DNA of 64,000 nucleotides from Chiloscyllium plagiosum (taxonomy: Eukaryota). The DNA lies in the NCBI RefSeq assembly GCF_004010195.1, contig NC_057728.1:44144569-44208568 (forward strand), read 5' to 3'. The position numbers and the translations under genes are program-made. The notes under the pieces are model-generated. The model had not been told where the DNA came from, did no database searches, and worked only from the letters and a program-made list of their open reading frames with translations. Of this stretch, positions 1 through 11,966 are shown in pieces (the stretch's first letter is position 1; every line of letters starts with the position of its first letter).

Positions 1-879
1 TTTAAATTGATCAGAACCAAAACTGGGCTCCTTGATGCAACAGCAGGTGATAAATATTCTGATAGTATTGACGATAAACCATTCCATGTAGCACGACTCT
101 GTCTTGTGTCTCGTGCCATGATTACTGGCAAAGTACAACTTCAGAACTAAATATTAGTCGAATCCTTCACTGACACAAATGAACATTAGCAATTCCCACA
201 TTTATGAGGTATTAAAGTGCTCCTGTGTGCTCAATATACTTTAAAGGTGTAGGCCCTGTTTCTCATTAGTGCACGGAAGCGACTTATTGCTCTGTATACC
301 CAGAGACTTCTGTGTTTATGCTACACCCTTTTATGCTAAGTGCCACTGCAAACCTACAGTATACAGGTCTGGTAGAGGTTGTTTGACAATGCAATAAGGC
401 ATAATGTTGAATACTTTTTGTGTGGTACCAAAATATATGATGGAAATTGGTGTGTGTGTGTGTTCAAATGTTAAAATGAACAGTGATTTTGTGTAGCTTC
501 TGTGGCTGTTTTATTGATACTGGCTGACAGTTGTACTGCGCAATGCAATTATGTTGCAGCAAAATAACTCTTTGGACCCAATTCTAAACAGCAGACAGCA
601 AATTTGCGATTCTACACTTCGCTCGGTTTTAATTGGGTGTGCAACTTAAAGGCAGATGAATCCTAATTAGAATCTGAATATTGGCAACCAATACAAAGTT
701 TTTGGTTCAAGTGCACTCCTTTTCTTCAACATGACATGAGTGATACGGATAGAAAACAAGAATAATATCTTTTGCATATTGACGTCAACACTGATTTCAA
801 AACCACTGCTCTTATGTTTTCGTACAGCAAATATGAGTTACATTCTAGTGTTATCATTTAAACCTACTCAAATCCAACT

Positions 880-1136
880 CTGTTTTTTCATTTGTCCCAA
901 TACCATGGCCTTCTTAACATGCACCATTTCCATGTAAATTACTCATGTCTCCCTGTCACAGACTTTACAGTTTGTTCTTACCTTCTTCCACTGGCCACTT
1001 CTCAGCCTCCACCTGAATTTGTTTTAACGTATGATAGAATCCATTCTATTAACTCAGATGTTGGACTTCGAGTATATCCGGCACTTCTTGTTTATATTTC
1101 AGGTTTCCGGTCTCCCTACTTTATTTTGCTTTTGTC
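880..1136 (+). mobile_element. Old Penelope-like element 3' terminal remnant
   Basis: Degenerate TTAACTC-AGATG...GAGTATATCCGGCAC..TTTATATTTCAGGTTTCCGG..TTTTGCTTTTGT resembles the terminus of shark Penelope-like repeats. Confidence 0.4.
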
Positions 1137-1194
1137 TAAGCATTATTTGCTTTACGTTGAACTGTTTGTCCTAAAATGAGGACTTTTTTTTATC

Positions 1195-2135
1195 AGTCAT
1201 GGGATATGAATAAGGCTGGCATTTATTGGCCATCCTGAGTTTCTTTTGAGAAGGTGTTGGTGAGCTGTCTTCCTGAGCCATTGCAATCCATTTGGTATAT
1301 TTATACACACAACACCATGAGACAGAGACTTCCAGGATTTTGAGCCAGTGACACTGAAGAAATGATATATTTCCATGATGAATAGCTTGGAGGAGAACTT
1401 GGAGAGGAACTTTGTGGCGTTCCCACATAATTTTCACCCTTGCCTGTCTAGATGGAAGTAGTCACAGGTTTGAAAGGTGCTGTGTAAAGAGCCTTGATGA
1501 ATTTCTGCAGTGCATCTTGGGTATGGTACACACTGAGGTTACTGTACATCAGTGCTGGGGGGGTATGAATGTTTGTGGATGTGATGCCAATCAAATGGGC
1601 CGCTTTATGCTCGATGGTGCCAAGCATCTTGAGTATTATTATATCAGCGCTCATCCTGACGAGTGGGGAGTATTCAATCATACTCCTGACTTGTGCCTTG
1701 TAGATGGTGGACAGGCTTTGTGTAGTCAGGAGGTGAGTTATACTTTGCAGGATTCCTTGCCTCTGACCTGCTCTTTTAGCAACTGTATTATTTATATGGC
1801 TAATCTAGTTCATTTTTTGGTCAATGGTAATCCCCAGGATGTTGATAATGGGGTATTCAGTGACGGTCATACCATTGAATGTGGAGAGATAATGGTTAGA
1901 ATCTCTTTTGTTGGAATGTTAGTGTCTGGCACTTGTACAGCATGTATGATACTTTTCACTTGTCAGTCCAAACTTGGATGTTGTCAGGTCTTGTTGTATT
2001 TAGACATCGGCTACTTCAGTATCTGAGGAGTCACAAATGCTGCTGAATATTGTGTAATCATTAATGAACATCCCCACTTCTGACCTTATGATAGAGGGAA
2101 CATCATCAATGAAGCAGTTGAAGTTGGAGCTCGGA
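1195..2135 (-). mobile_element. CR1/L2-group LINE, 3' portion (called family A here)
   Basis: Minus strand reads YKAQVRSMIEYSPLVRMSA...LGTIEHKAAHLIG (LINE ORF2 C-terminus). Homologous to 4990-5350, 7826-9010 and 20640-22072. Confidence 0.8.
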
Positions 2136-2444
2136 CAAAGAGCTTCTAAAGAAATCATTAAGCAACATCATTGTTGAAAGCCCTGAGCCATGATCAGAAA
2201 ACTGAGAAAATTCCTAATGAAAATCCTCAGCCATTTCAAAATGTGATGTCATAAATACTAGGTGATTCCTAGTAAATAATTTTATTTCCAAATTCAAGTA
2301 ACTAGGAAATACTGTCGTTGCTTCACACTCAACGCTTTCTAATGTCATTTATCTCTTCATAAATAGTGTATGAATTATGAAAATCTTAAGCAATTAGCAT
2401 CAGAATAACAAATAGGAAAGAAAGTTGATTATATCAGGAATAAT

Positions 2445-2808
2445 GGGAAGGTGGTGGCATAGTAGTAATGTTAGTCAACTAACAATCCAGTACACCAGGC
2501 AATGTTCTGGGGACATGAGTTCCCACCGAGCCACAGGGAGGAAATTTGAATTCAATTAAAAAGAAAACTGGAATGGAGAGTTGGCTTAATGGTGACCAAG
2601 TAACCACTATAGCTTATTGTTTTTTTAAAAAAAACACACACATCTAGTCCACTAATATCCTTTGGTGGAGGAAATCTGCCATCCTTAACTGGTATGGCCT
2701 ACATGTGAATCAGGAGCACAGAAATGTGGTTGAGTCTCAATTGCCCTCTGGGCATTTAGGGATGGGTAATAAATGTGGGCCTAGCCAGTGGCATGAACAT
2801 CTTATGAT
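2445..2808 (+). mobile_element. tRNA-derived SINE whose 3' tail matches LINE family A
   Basis: A-box-like TGGCATAGTAG head, body ACTAATATCCTTT..GGAAATCTGCCATCCTT, tail GGGCATTTAGGGATGGGTAATAAATG..GGCCTAGCCAG. Other copies at 20178-20620, 43545-43845 and 58785-59052. Confidence 0.7.
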
Positions 2809-3024
2809 TCCAAGTTGAATTTCCAATGACATATCGGTGTCATTACTAAGATTGTCCATTTCTACTTCTGTATATAATCAGACTCCGCCCAGTCTCTGAA
2901 ACCATAATCCATGCCTCTTTGGTGTTAGAGGAGAAAGTGAGGACTGCAGATGCTGGAGATCAGAGCTGAAAATGTGTTGCTGGAAAAGCGCAGCAGGTCA
3001 GGCAGCATCCAAGGAACAGGAGAA

Positions 3025-3056
3025 TCGACGTTTCTGGCATAAGCCCTTCTTCAGGA
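3025..3056 (-). ncRNA. Hammerhead ribozyme motif in the mirror arm (one stem II mismatch)
   Basis: Minus strand reads TC-CTGAAGA-A-GGGC-TTAT-GCCA-GAAA-CGTC-GA. Confidence 0.6.
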
Positions 3057-3205
3057 ATGAGGAAAGTGTGTCCAGCAGGCTAAGATAAAAGGTAGGGAGG
3101 AGGGACTTGGGGGAGGGGTGTTGGAAATGCGATAGGTGGAAGGAGGTCAAGGTGAGGGCGATAGGCCAGAGTGGGGTGGGGCAGAGAGGTCAGGAAGAAG
3201 ATTGC

Positions 3206-4100
3206 NNNNNNNNNNNNNNNNNNNNNNNNNNNNNNNNNNNNNNNNNNNNNNNNNNNNNNNNNNNNNNNNNNNNNNNNNNNNNNNNNNNNNNNNNNNNNNN
3301 NNNNNNNNNNNNNNNNNNNNNNNNNNNNNNNNNNNNNNNNNNNNNNNNNNNNNNNNNNNNNNNNNNNNNNNNNNNNNNNNNNNNNNNNNNNNNNNNNNNN
3401 NNNNNNNNNNNNNNNNNNNNNNNNNNNNNNNNNNNNNNNNNNNNNNNNNNNNNNNNNNNNNNNNNNNNNNNNNNNNNNNNNNNNNNNNNNNNNNNNNNNN
3501 NNNNNNNNNNNNNNNNNNNNNNNNNNNNNNNNNNNNNNNNNNNNNNNNNNNNNNNNNNNNNNNNNNNNNNNNNNNNNNNNNNNNNNNNNNNNNNNNNNNN
3601 NNNNNNNNNNNNNNNNNNNNNNNNNNNNNNNNNNNNNNNNNNNNNNNNNNNNNNNNNNNNNNNNNNNNNNNNNNNNNNNNNNNNNNNNNNNNNNNNNNNN
3701 NNNNNNNNNNNNNNNNNNNNNNNNNNNNNNNNNNNNNNNNNNNNNNNNNNNNNNNNNNNNNNNNNNNNNNNNNNNNNNNNNNNNNNNNNNNNNNNNNNNN
3801 NNNNNNNNNNNNNNNNNNNNNNNNNNNNNNNNNNNNNNNNNNNNNNNNNNNNNNNNNNNNNNNNNNNNNNNNNNNNNNNNNNNNNNNNNNNNNNNNNNNN
3901 NNNNNNNNNNNNNNNNNNNNNNNNNNNNNNNNNNNNNNNNNNNNNNNNNNNNNNNNNNNNNNNNNNNNNNNNNNNNNNNNNNNNNNNNNNNNNNNNNNNN
4001 NNNNNNNNNNNNNNNNNNNNNNNNNNNNNNNNNNNNNNNNNNNNNNNNNNNNNNNNNNNNNNNNNNNNNNNNNNNNNNNNNNNNNNNNNNNNNNNNNNNN
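3206..4100. other. Assembly gap (895 N)
   Basis: Run of N. Confidence 1.
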
Positions 4101-4270
4101 GAACTCAGCACCGCCTTCCTAACCTGCAATCATCTTCCTGACCTCTCCGCCCCCACTCCGGCCTATCACCCTCACCTTGACCTCCCACCACCTATCACAT
4201 TTCCAAAGCCCCTCCCCCAAGTCCCTCCTCCCTACCTTTTATCTTAGCCTGCTGGACACACTTTCCTCAT

Positions 4271-4302
4271 TCCTGAAGAAGGGCTTATGCCCGAAACGTC
4301 GA
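4271..4302 (+). ncRNA. Minimal type I hammerhead ribozyme motif in a Penelope-like terminus (core apparently intact)
   Basis: TC-CTGAAGA-A-GGGC-TTAT-GCCC-GAAA-CGTC-GA: CUGANGA box, 4-bp stem II, GAAA, palindromic ACGT stem III and GUC cleavage triplet. Confidence 0.7.
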
Positions 4303-4989
4303 TTCTCCTGTTCCTTGGATGCTCCCTGACCTGCTGCACTTTTCCAGCAACACACTTTCAGCTCTTTGGTGTTAGACACAATTATTCTGATGCTCTTCTT
4401 ATTGACTGCCCACATTCTACCATGCAAAAGTATTAGGTGATTCAAACTTCTGCTGCTTATAACTGTATCATTGTACCAGGTCATATTCACTTATTGCCCT
4501 TGTCCTGGTGAATCTGTATGAATTCCTCATTAAAAGCACTCCTTTTTAAAATTCTTATCCTGGTTTTCCAACCTCTCCAATCCTTCAACCATGCCTATTC
4601 ATGTAATCTACTCAAGCCTCTCAGACCTACAAGATGTCTTTGTTTCTATCCTTCTCCCCCCCCCTTGAGAATCCCCAATTTTAATTCCTCCACTATTGAT
4701 GATCATGCTTTAGCTAAGTTGGCTTGAGCTCTAGAATTTCCTTCCTGGACAACCTTACCTCTCTACCTCTTTTGTTTTTAAAGATGCTACTTAAAACCCA
4801 AGTCCTGAACTAAGCATTTGGTCATTTGACTTAATGTTCCCATTTGTGGCTTATCATCAAATTTTCCTTTTTAATGCTCCTGTGTTTTTTCTGTATTAAA
4901 GGAGCTATATAAATACAAGTTATTAATAAATGCACATAAAAATGGACAATTTGATTGTGTGTCATGCCACACATTTTGATATTTATTTA

Positions 4990-5352
4990 ATACATTCATG
5001 GGCTGTGGGAATTGCTGATTACACATTTCTTGCCTTCCCAAATCCCCCATCGAACTGCGGCAGTCTATGTGATGTAAGGACACCCACAGTATTATTAGGG
5101 AAGGAGTTTCAGGATTTTGACCCAGCAGCAGTGAAGGAACACCAATCATAGTTCCAAGTCAGGATGGCTTGGAGGAGATCTTGCAGGTAGTGGACTTCCC
5201 ATGTATGTGCTGCCCTGGTCCACCTAGGTTGTAAAGATTGCAGGTTTAGAAGGTGCTGTCAAAGAGGCCTTGGTGGGTACATTGTGCAGATGGTACACAT
5301 TGCTGTCACCATGCATTGATGGCAGAGGAGTGAATGTTAAAAATTGTGGATA
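4990..5352 (-). mobile_element. LINE family A 3' end fragment
   Basis: Homologous to 1195-1590 (CAGGATTTTGACCCAGCAGCAGTGAAGGAAC...TTCCAAGTCAGGATGG). Confidence 0.75.
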
Positions 5353-7825
5353 GAACATATGGCTGTATTATTATGTCATGTGGCTACCTGTTATAAGCAA
5401 ATATTTTGTAATGAATATTTAGGAGCAATTGGAAGAATAATTGACGTAGTGCATGAGATGAACTAGACATAGATTTGAATTAAGCAGACACCATAATGAA
5501 GCTGTATACACTGTGCAAGCTGGCTTCATCACTCATCATCCTGTAGCAACCTTTAAGTATGCAAACCCAAGGATTATTGTGAGTCCTCATTAAAGAGAGT
5601 ATTAGTAAAGTAATATATTTGCAAATATTTTCCAAATATCCTACTTAAAATTCCTTTCATTAATTTGCTGTGCTGTGCACATCTTGCTTCTTTTCACAAA
5701 AGTAGCATTCAAACAAAGCTAAAAGCCAATTTCAATTATCAGATGAAGAAGGTTGCACAGTTTCCATCACATTATTGTGGACATGGTAGAAGTTGATATT
5801 CAAGTCTATCAGTGGAGTGTATTATGAGACTTGCCAGCTTTCAGCAGGGCCGCTAATTGAGGACAGACGCATATGGAACAAATTGCACGTAGAGCTGTCA
5901 GCCTCAAATAGAATAATTTGTGTTCAAAGTTGGGGTAGGTGTGGGTGTCTTTCTGTCTGATCTCTCATCTATGGGAGGGAAGCCTGGACTTGGATGTAAT
6001 GAAATGCAATAAGAAAAAAAGCATGACAATGCACAGAGATGGACAAAACCTGCTGATAAAAATTTTTTTACAGATCTCTGTTTTCACAATGTAAAACTAG
6101 CAAGCATTTGGCATTGTGCTCCTATCCCTATCCATCTTAGCTTATCAGAAATCAGCCATACAAGGTCACCTGTGTCAGAACCTGATTTAAATGGTGATGA
6201 AAGTGGAGTCCTGATGTTGTCATTGGAACACATAGCAATTTTATCTGTGGGTCATTGAAAGCTCTGAGACTTTGCACTCAATCAGCTGGCAGCAGACAGC
6301 CTCTAGGTAACATAGGAGGCTCAGTTGAATATTCTTATTTTACGTTTTTAAAGTTCATTGTGGGCAGTCAGGGCCCTATATGTGACATGATCTTTTCCTG
6401 ACAGCCTGGACTCCTATATATTATCAAAGTTTGCTAATGCGTTTCACCATTCCTACTGGAGCATCCTACTAAGATCCAGGAGTTATAATCTCTGAGCCCC
6501 CATGTTTGGTGGAACTAAATGGTTCACCCTCCTGCTTCAGCCTCAAATTCACATTTCAGGTTAAATTGAGATCAGTTTCCAAAACAAGCAATTTAATTGG
6601 AATGTTGTTAATGTTTTCAGAGCCAGCATAAGTTTGATTTGTAGTAAAACTTTCTTTTCCTACCTTGCTGTTTTTTTGTTATCTTGTGCATATGCTTTCT
6701 CCCTCACAGTTTCATTGTGTAGTAAAAGGACTGAGTAAAAGACTTTTATTTGGAACACTGAACAATGAGCAAGTTTTCGAGCCAACTCTTCATTCACCAT
6801 ACAAGCCTCCGCGCATTTGACACTAGTGACACATGGACAGAGGTAGCTTTAGAATGAATTGTTAAAAAAGAAAGAAAGTAAAGTATATTTGCAGTTAACT
6901 TCTGCTTTTGGAAAAGCTAATTACTTGGCTAAAACGATTGCTAAATGTGTTTCTTGTCCTTAGAGCACTTTTATTTTCTCGCCCCCAGCTTCAAGGACAA
7001 CTACTTCAGGAGGATGTTGTTTGAAAAAAGGCCAAGGAATTTGCATCACTTGCTTCTTGAAAGTGAAAGAATCAATTCTTACAGCCAGTTTCAAGCTGCT
7101 GATCAAATATTATATTCTTGTTCTTTTTTATGACAGATTTCCTTCAGAATTTTGAAAATGTTTGTATATATTTGAAAGCATTCTCTTTTCAGATCTAATG
7201 TATCTTGGAAGATACGTTCTTATGCAAAAACAATATAATGCTGGATTGTTTCATGCTTACAATGATTTGACTGAAATATAATGCCTACTGGGAACCAGTA
7301 AACCTCTTATTTTGTACTAAACAGGATTAAAGTTAGTACTGGCATTCAAAAGCTTTCCATATATTAATAACGGAAGGAGGAGGGGAGGTAAGGTCAGGTT
7401 GAGTTTCTAGTCAGATCCCCTGGAGGTTCAGTAATTGAACTGTTTAGATTCTTAGCCACTAATAATTTGCTCTTAACATGAACTGGGTATCAGTGCCCAG
7501 GATTTGCTGACTGGGGAATTTTTTGCATTCTTCTCAATGTGTTGATCTGTTGTAGATTCAACAGTTAATCAGAGAGCTGCAGTTTCCGTAAATAGCTTAC
7601 TTAGTCACATTTTCCACAGAGTTAGGCTAGTAATACATGTGGTGAGAGTCTTAAATTGAAATGTCCTTGTCAAGTAGACAACTGAGAACAAATTTTCACT
7701 ATTTCATTGTTGTTTACTTTAGGATTGAAACTGTACAAAAGCAATTTTCAATGGATTTCAAAACTCAACTGTTTTTTCTTAGGAAAATTTCATATCACAA
7801 TTGTTATTGTTTGAAGTTTTATATC

Positions 7826-9010
7826 GGGATATGAGTAACAGTGGCAAGACTGATTCGCTGCCTTTTCTGAGTTTTACTCAGAAAATGGTGATGGACTTTC
7901 TCCTTGAACTATGGTAGTTATATAAATACCTTCATATGATTTTGTGTAAGGAATATTTGAGTATTACTCAGCAATGATGCAGAATTGGAAATATTTGCCC
8001 GACTCAGGTTGGTCTGTAAATTAGTGATATTGATGCCCATATACTCTAAATGGCAGAGGTTGCAGGGGAGAGAGATGTTGCTAGAGTAGTCATGGTTAGT
8101 AGCTGGACTACATTTTACTGCAACAAAAATGTGCTAATGATGAAGCAGGTAGAATGGGAGTGCAAGGATGTTGATCTAGCAAACTGCTAGGTATCTTTGA
8201 TGAAACTATTTTTCTTGAGTTTTGTTGTGATTTCACCCATTGAGTATTCCATCACACTCTTGACTTGAATGTTGTAGGTGGTGGATCAGTAGGCGAGATA
8301 TGTTACACAGAGTACCCAGCCATTTCTTGTCCTCATGTTGTTAGAAAGGCAGATCGAATTAATAATGATCTTAAATATATCGATGGTGGGGTCGCTATGG
8401 TACTAGTGCAGGATAAAAACTAGACATTCTCTTTTTCAAGATGGTTGTTACCTAGTTATATAGGTAATGTGGCTGTTATTTGGCAGTTGTTAGCCTAAAC
8501 CAAGATGTTGTCCAGGTCATGTTGGAGACTGACAAATTTTGCTTCGTTATCACTGAAGTTCTGAATGGAACTGAACTCTAGAGTCATCGACAACCAGCCC
8601 TCTCCTAACCTTATTCAGATGATTGAACCTAATGTTAATGGTTGAATAATTCCCTTGAGGAATTCCTGGGATGTGATCAATGGTCTTCAACAGGCATAAT
8701 TGTATTCCATTTGTATCAGCGGAAGCTCCAGTCACCAGACATTTGTTCCTTTAAACCTTAGCTTCAGTTTTGCTAAAGCTCCTAGGGTGTTACATGTGTC
8801 TTGATTATGTCTCGGTATGAAGTACAATTATTCTGAACTCTTATCTGGAAATTCAAGTCTTGGAGTCATGCTGGATCAAGCTTGTGGTGAGATCTAGAGC
8901 TAAGTACTTCTGGCCAGAATCCACATTGTGCATTGATGGCCAAGCTCGTAAGGAGGTGTCACTTGATAACATTGTTGTTGATTTTCTCCATATTTTTACT
9001 GATGATCGAG
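7826..9010 (-). mobile_element. Highly diverged LINE related to family A
   Basis: Colinear degenerate match to 1195-2135 (e.g. GAGTATTCCATCACACTCTTGACTTG, GATGTTGTCCAGGTC). Confidence 0.55.
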
Positions 9011-9329
9011 AGGATTATGGTACTGTCTGATATATTTTGGAATTTTTTGTTGCTAGAATAGTTTACTGTGATCTCAGACTGCAGAGTGGGGATGTTGTCA
9101 AGTGTAATGAATTGGCTTTGCAGTGACATTCATAATGATGGGTGACTTAGGAGAAATTTGTGTAAGATTGTCCAATCTGTACTTCTGGCTACATGAGTTT
9201 AAAATACTTCAGTCTCGCTACTTGCATTCTCTGTGTTGGGTTGCACTTCTAACTAAAAAGATAAAAGGAATCCAGTAGTATGTAGTAGTATCAAAAGGCA
9301 GCCAATGAGATAACACACAATAGAATATT

Positions 9330-10570
9330 AGAAAGGTTAGGATTCATCAGACTTTGGACAATATATTAGCATGATTTAGGGATTGTATAATTAATGGAAA
9401 TCGGGGGTAGAAATAGTTGGATACTTTTCCAAATGGAAACATGTAACTAATGGAGAGCTGGTTGATCCTTTGTTGTTTACAACCTATATTGAGGTGTCAG
9501 ATTACTATATCCAAACTTGCTGAAAAACAAAACTAGCTGGAAGAGTAGATTTTCAGGAGGATGTGAAGACACTGCAAAGGGATATCAATAGGTTAATTGG
9601 GTGAGCAAGAAGCTGGTTGAAGGAATGCATGGTGGTGTGGTATGAAATTATCCACTTTGGAGGGAAGAATGGAAAAGCAGTAATTTTTTAAAGGTGAAAT
9701 GACTTATAAAGGTTGATATTTAGACAAACTTATAGATCCTTTAATGTGAATTACAGGAAATTAATAGTAGGTACAGGCAGCAAGAAGACATTATCGTTTT
9801 TTTAATTGAAAGTGATTTGGACTACAAGAATATGAAAGCTCTACCACAGTTGTAGAGTTTTGGTTCGTCCACACCTAGAGTATTTTGCAATAATCATATC
9901 TACATCTGAAATAACTGCTATCCCATTGTCAAGTCACTCTTTATTGTACACAGTACACTGGCTGTGGCCAGTCGGCTCAGTCAGTTCCCCAAGTGAGGAG
10001 ACTCTGAATCGCTTGTTTATATCAGTCAGCCAGGGTTCCTTGATTGGCCTAAGTTAATAAGTCATTCAAAGATTGCATAGTCAATAGGATCTACCTGGGT
10101 CTAATCACTGTAGCATCAAAGGAAGGATGTACTTGCTTCCAAGGCGTGAAAAGAAGGTTTACTAGATTGATTCCTAACAGCTTACTGATGAACAGACTGT
10201 GCCTTGACAGGATGTTGAGAAGAAGAAGTAACCTCTTGTGAAACATTTAAAATCTTTGAGTATCTGACAGGGTGGAGGCTCAGACGCCTTGTCCATGCTC
10301 ACAAGGTCTAGATTAATGAATTGTAGTTTTAGAGTAATAGGTTTGACTGAGATTCAGAGACTTGTGAACCTTTAGAATTCTGTACCTCAGAGGATTGTTA
10401 ATGTCCAGTTGTTCGGTTTGTTGTAAACTGGGATTTACATATTTTTGCATGCTAAGGGGATAGGGTTGGAAAGTGGAATTGATGTGGATGATTGGCCATT
10501 ATCTTACTGAATGATAGCGCATTTTGATCGACTGAGATCCACTCCTGTATAAATCTTATGTTCTTATAGC
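9330..10570 (+). mobile_element. Old CR1 LINE (RT C-terminus to 3' tail), interrupted near 9886-10116
   Basis: Remnant SKLAE/LQRDINRL motifs, LVRPHLEY at 9859-9883, and a CR1-like 3' tail GGCCATTATCTTACTGAATGA...ACTCCTG. Confidence 0.65.
9886..10116 (-). mobile_element. Probable solo LTR (Gypsy-like) inserted in the CR1
   Basis: Interrupts the CR1 ORF2 just after VRPHLEY. On the minus strand it shows CCAAT, then ATATAAA, then AATAAA, the order expected for an LTR. Termini and TSD are not clear. Confidence 0.45.
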
Positions 10571-11754
10571 TAAACCCTGTTTGTAGAGACAGAATGGAAA
10601 GCAAAGATGTGGAATTTGGCTGCAGTGCACATAGTTGGTTTTGTTTATTCCAAAACCAACCTAGCATATCAAAATGAGAGCCAAATTGAAAATATAAAAC
10701 TTGTTCATATCTTTGTGGGAGTTTGCAATCGAAGCAAGTATGGAAAAGATTCAAGTTTACTCAGCCCCAAACACATTTTTAAGCTCAGCCCCAAAATGAC
10801 CAGGGTTTGGTCTGGGTCTGCCCTTGCCTTGTCGAATTATTTAATTTCAGTTTTATATGGCATTTTGTTTTACTTTTACATTTGACCTTTATGTAGCCAG
10901 ACATGCTGGTGATGGTTTTGATGTACAAGAGGAAATTATTATATGTATTTGTGAAAGTTCCAAGTACAAACTGTACGTGACAAATCATTTCCTTAGTGCT
11001 CACACAACTGAAAGCAGTGACATTTCAATTAACTGAAACAGAAAAAAAAACTTGAAGGAAATGGGATATCATTGGAAGAGTTGAAAAAAATGCTCATATG
11101 ATCAAAAATGGAGATGAGAAGATCAAACCCGTGATACCCACCACAGATAATGCTTTGGAGTATAGAGGAATTTAAAAGAGCTGAAATGGAACTGAACGAA
11201 TATTAATTAGTTGTGTGTTCTTAAAATAAATTTTTTTGCAATTTGAACAGTTCAAATTTCTACCAACTCCTAAAAGACATTCCTTATTATATATAAGTTT
11301 GCAGCAGAAATCCTTATCCGATTTTGATACGTGTATATACATAAAATGTCTCTAGCACAAGTCAAGGTCACATTAACTTCTCATTACTGTTTTTCATATT
11401 GACAAAGCTGACCTAGATTTACTTTAACAAGGTAATTATTCCAACTAAAAATTGCCAACCCCTGAAAGATATTGTCTGCATTGTTTTCAGATGAAGGATT
11501 TGTGTTTGTTCCAGTTACTTTGGCCATTCATACAGCTGGAACTGACCAGCTTCGTGGGAAGTCCAGGATTATGTCTATGGTACTATAAAACCAGTGTCCC
11601 TCTTCCCATGAGAATGTTGCAGAAACCTGTACCATTTCAGGGGAAACCAATCCATCCCTGCTCCCACTCAATATATAAAATTAAACTTTCTAATCAAAAG
11701 AACAATCATTTACAATCTTCTGGTGAAGTATGTACATCTGGATTATAAACAGTA

Positions 11755-11966
11755 CAGGCAGAATGTGATAGTTGTGTTCCTTTGCGACCCTGTGTTATGC
11801 AAAAGTCACGCAATACAAACAGCGCTTAAACTGTTGGTGATCTAATCGCATTATAGCCAACACATACTTTAAACATTTGCACTTTAGAAACAGTGTTCCC
11901 TACTCACCCAGTCATGTTACAGCCAATTTGCGTTAACGAAAGGACGTTTCATAGCAGAACTGCCTG
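11755..11966. mobile_element. Tc1/mariner (Tigger/MER6-like) MITE
   Basis: Inverted ends CAGGCAG...CTGCCTG flanked by TA at 11753-54 and 11967-68; internal repeated GTTATAGC/TTATAGCCAA-like motifs; non-coding, about 210 bp. Confidence 0.7.

Larger units (their letters stand above)
2930..4365 (-). mobile_element. Young Penelope-like element with inverted terminal arms spanning an assembly gap
   Basis: Arms 2962-3205 and 4126-4365 are near-perfect reverse complements. A 15-bp direct repeat CTCTTTGGTGTTAGA lies at 2915-2929 and 4362-4376. Both arms carry a hammerhead core. Confidence 0.8.
2820..4925 (+). mobile_element. L2-type LINE 3' fragment (2820-2929 and 4377-4925) split by a Penelope-like insertion
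   Basis: The ETIIHA...YSDALL motif joins across the insertion; typical L2 tail TAAAGGAGCTATATAAATACAAGTT near 4897-4922. Confidence 0.65.

Noticed and set aside
1..760. Possible conserved non-coding enhancer (repeat-free, TAATTA-type motifs)
   Set aside because: Such motifs are expected by chance in AT-rich DNA; cannot be supported without alignments.
1412..2026. 204-aa plus-strand ORF
   Set aside because: Antisense to a decayed LINE ORF2; no recognisable protein.
3080..4247. Long ORFs of 328-358 aa in the ORF track
   Set aside because: Artefacts of the N gap (poly-X).
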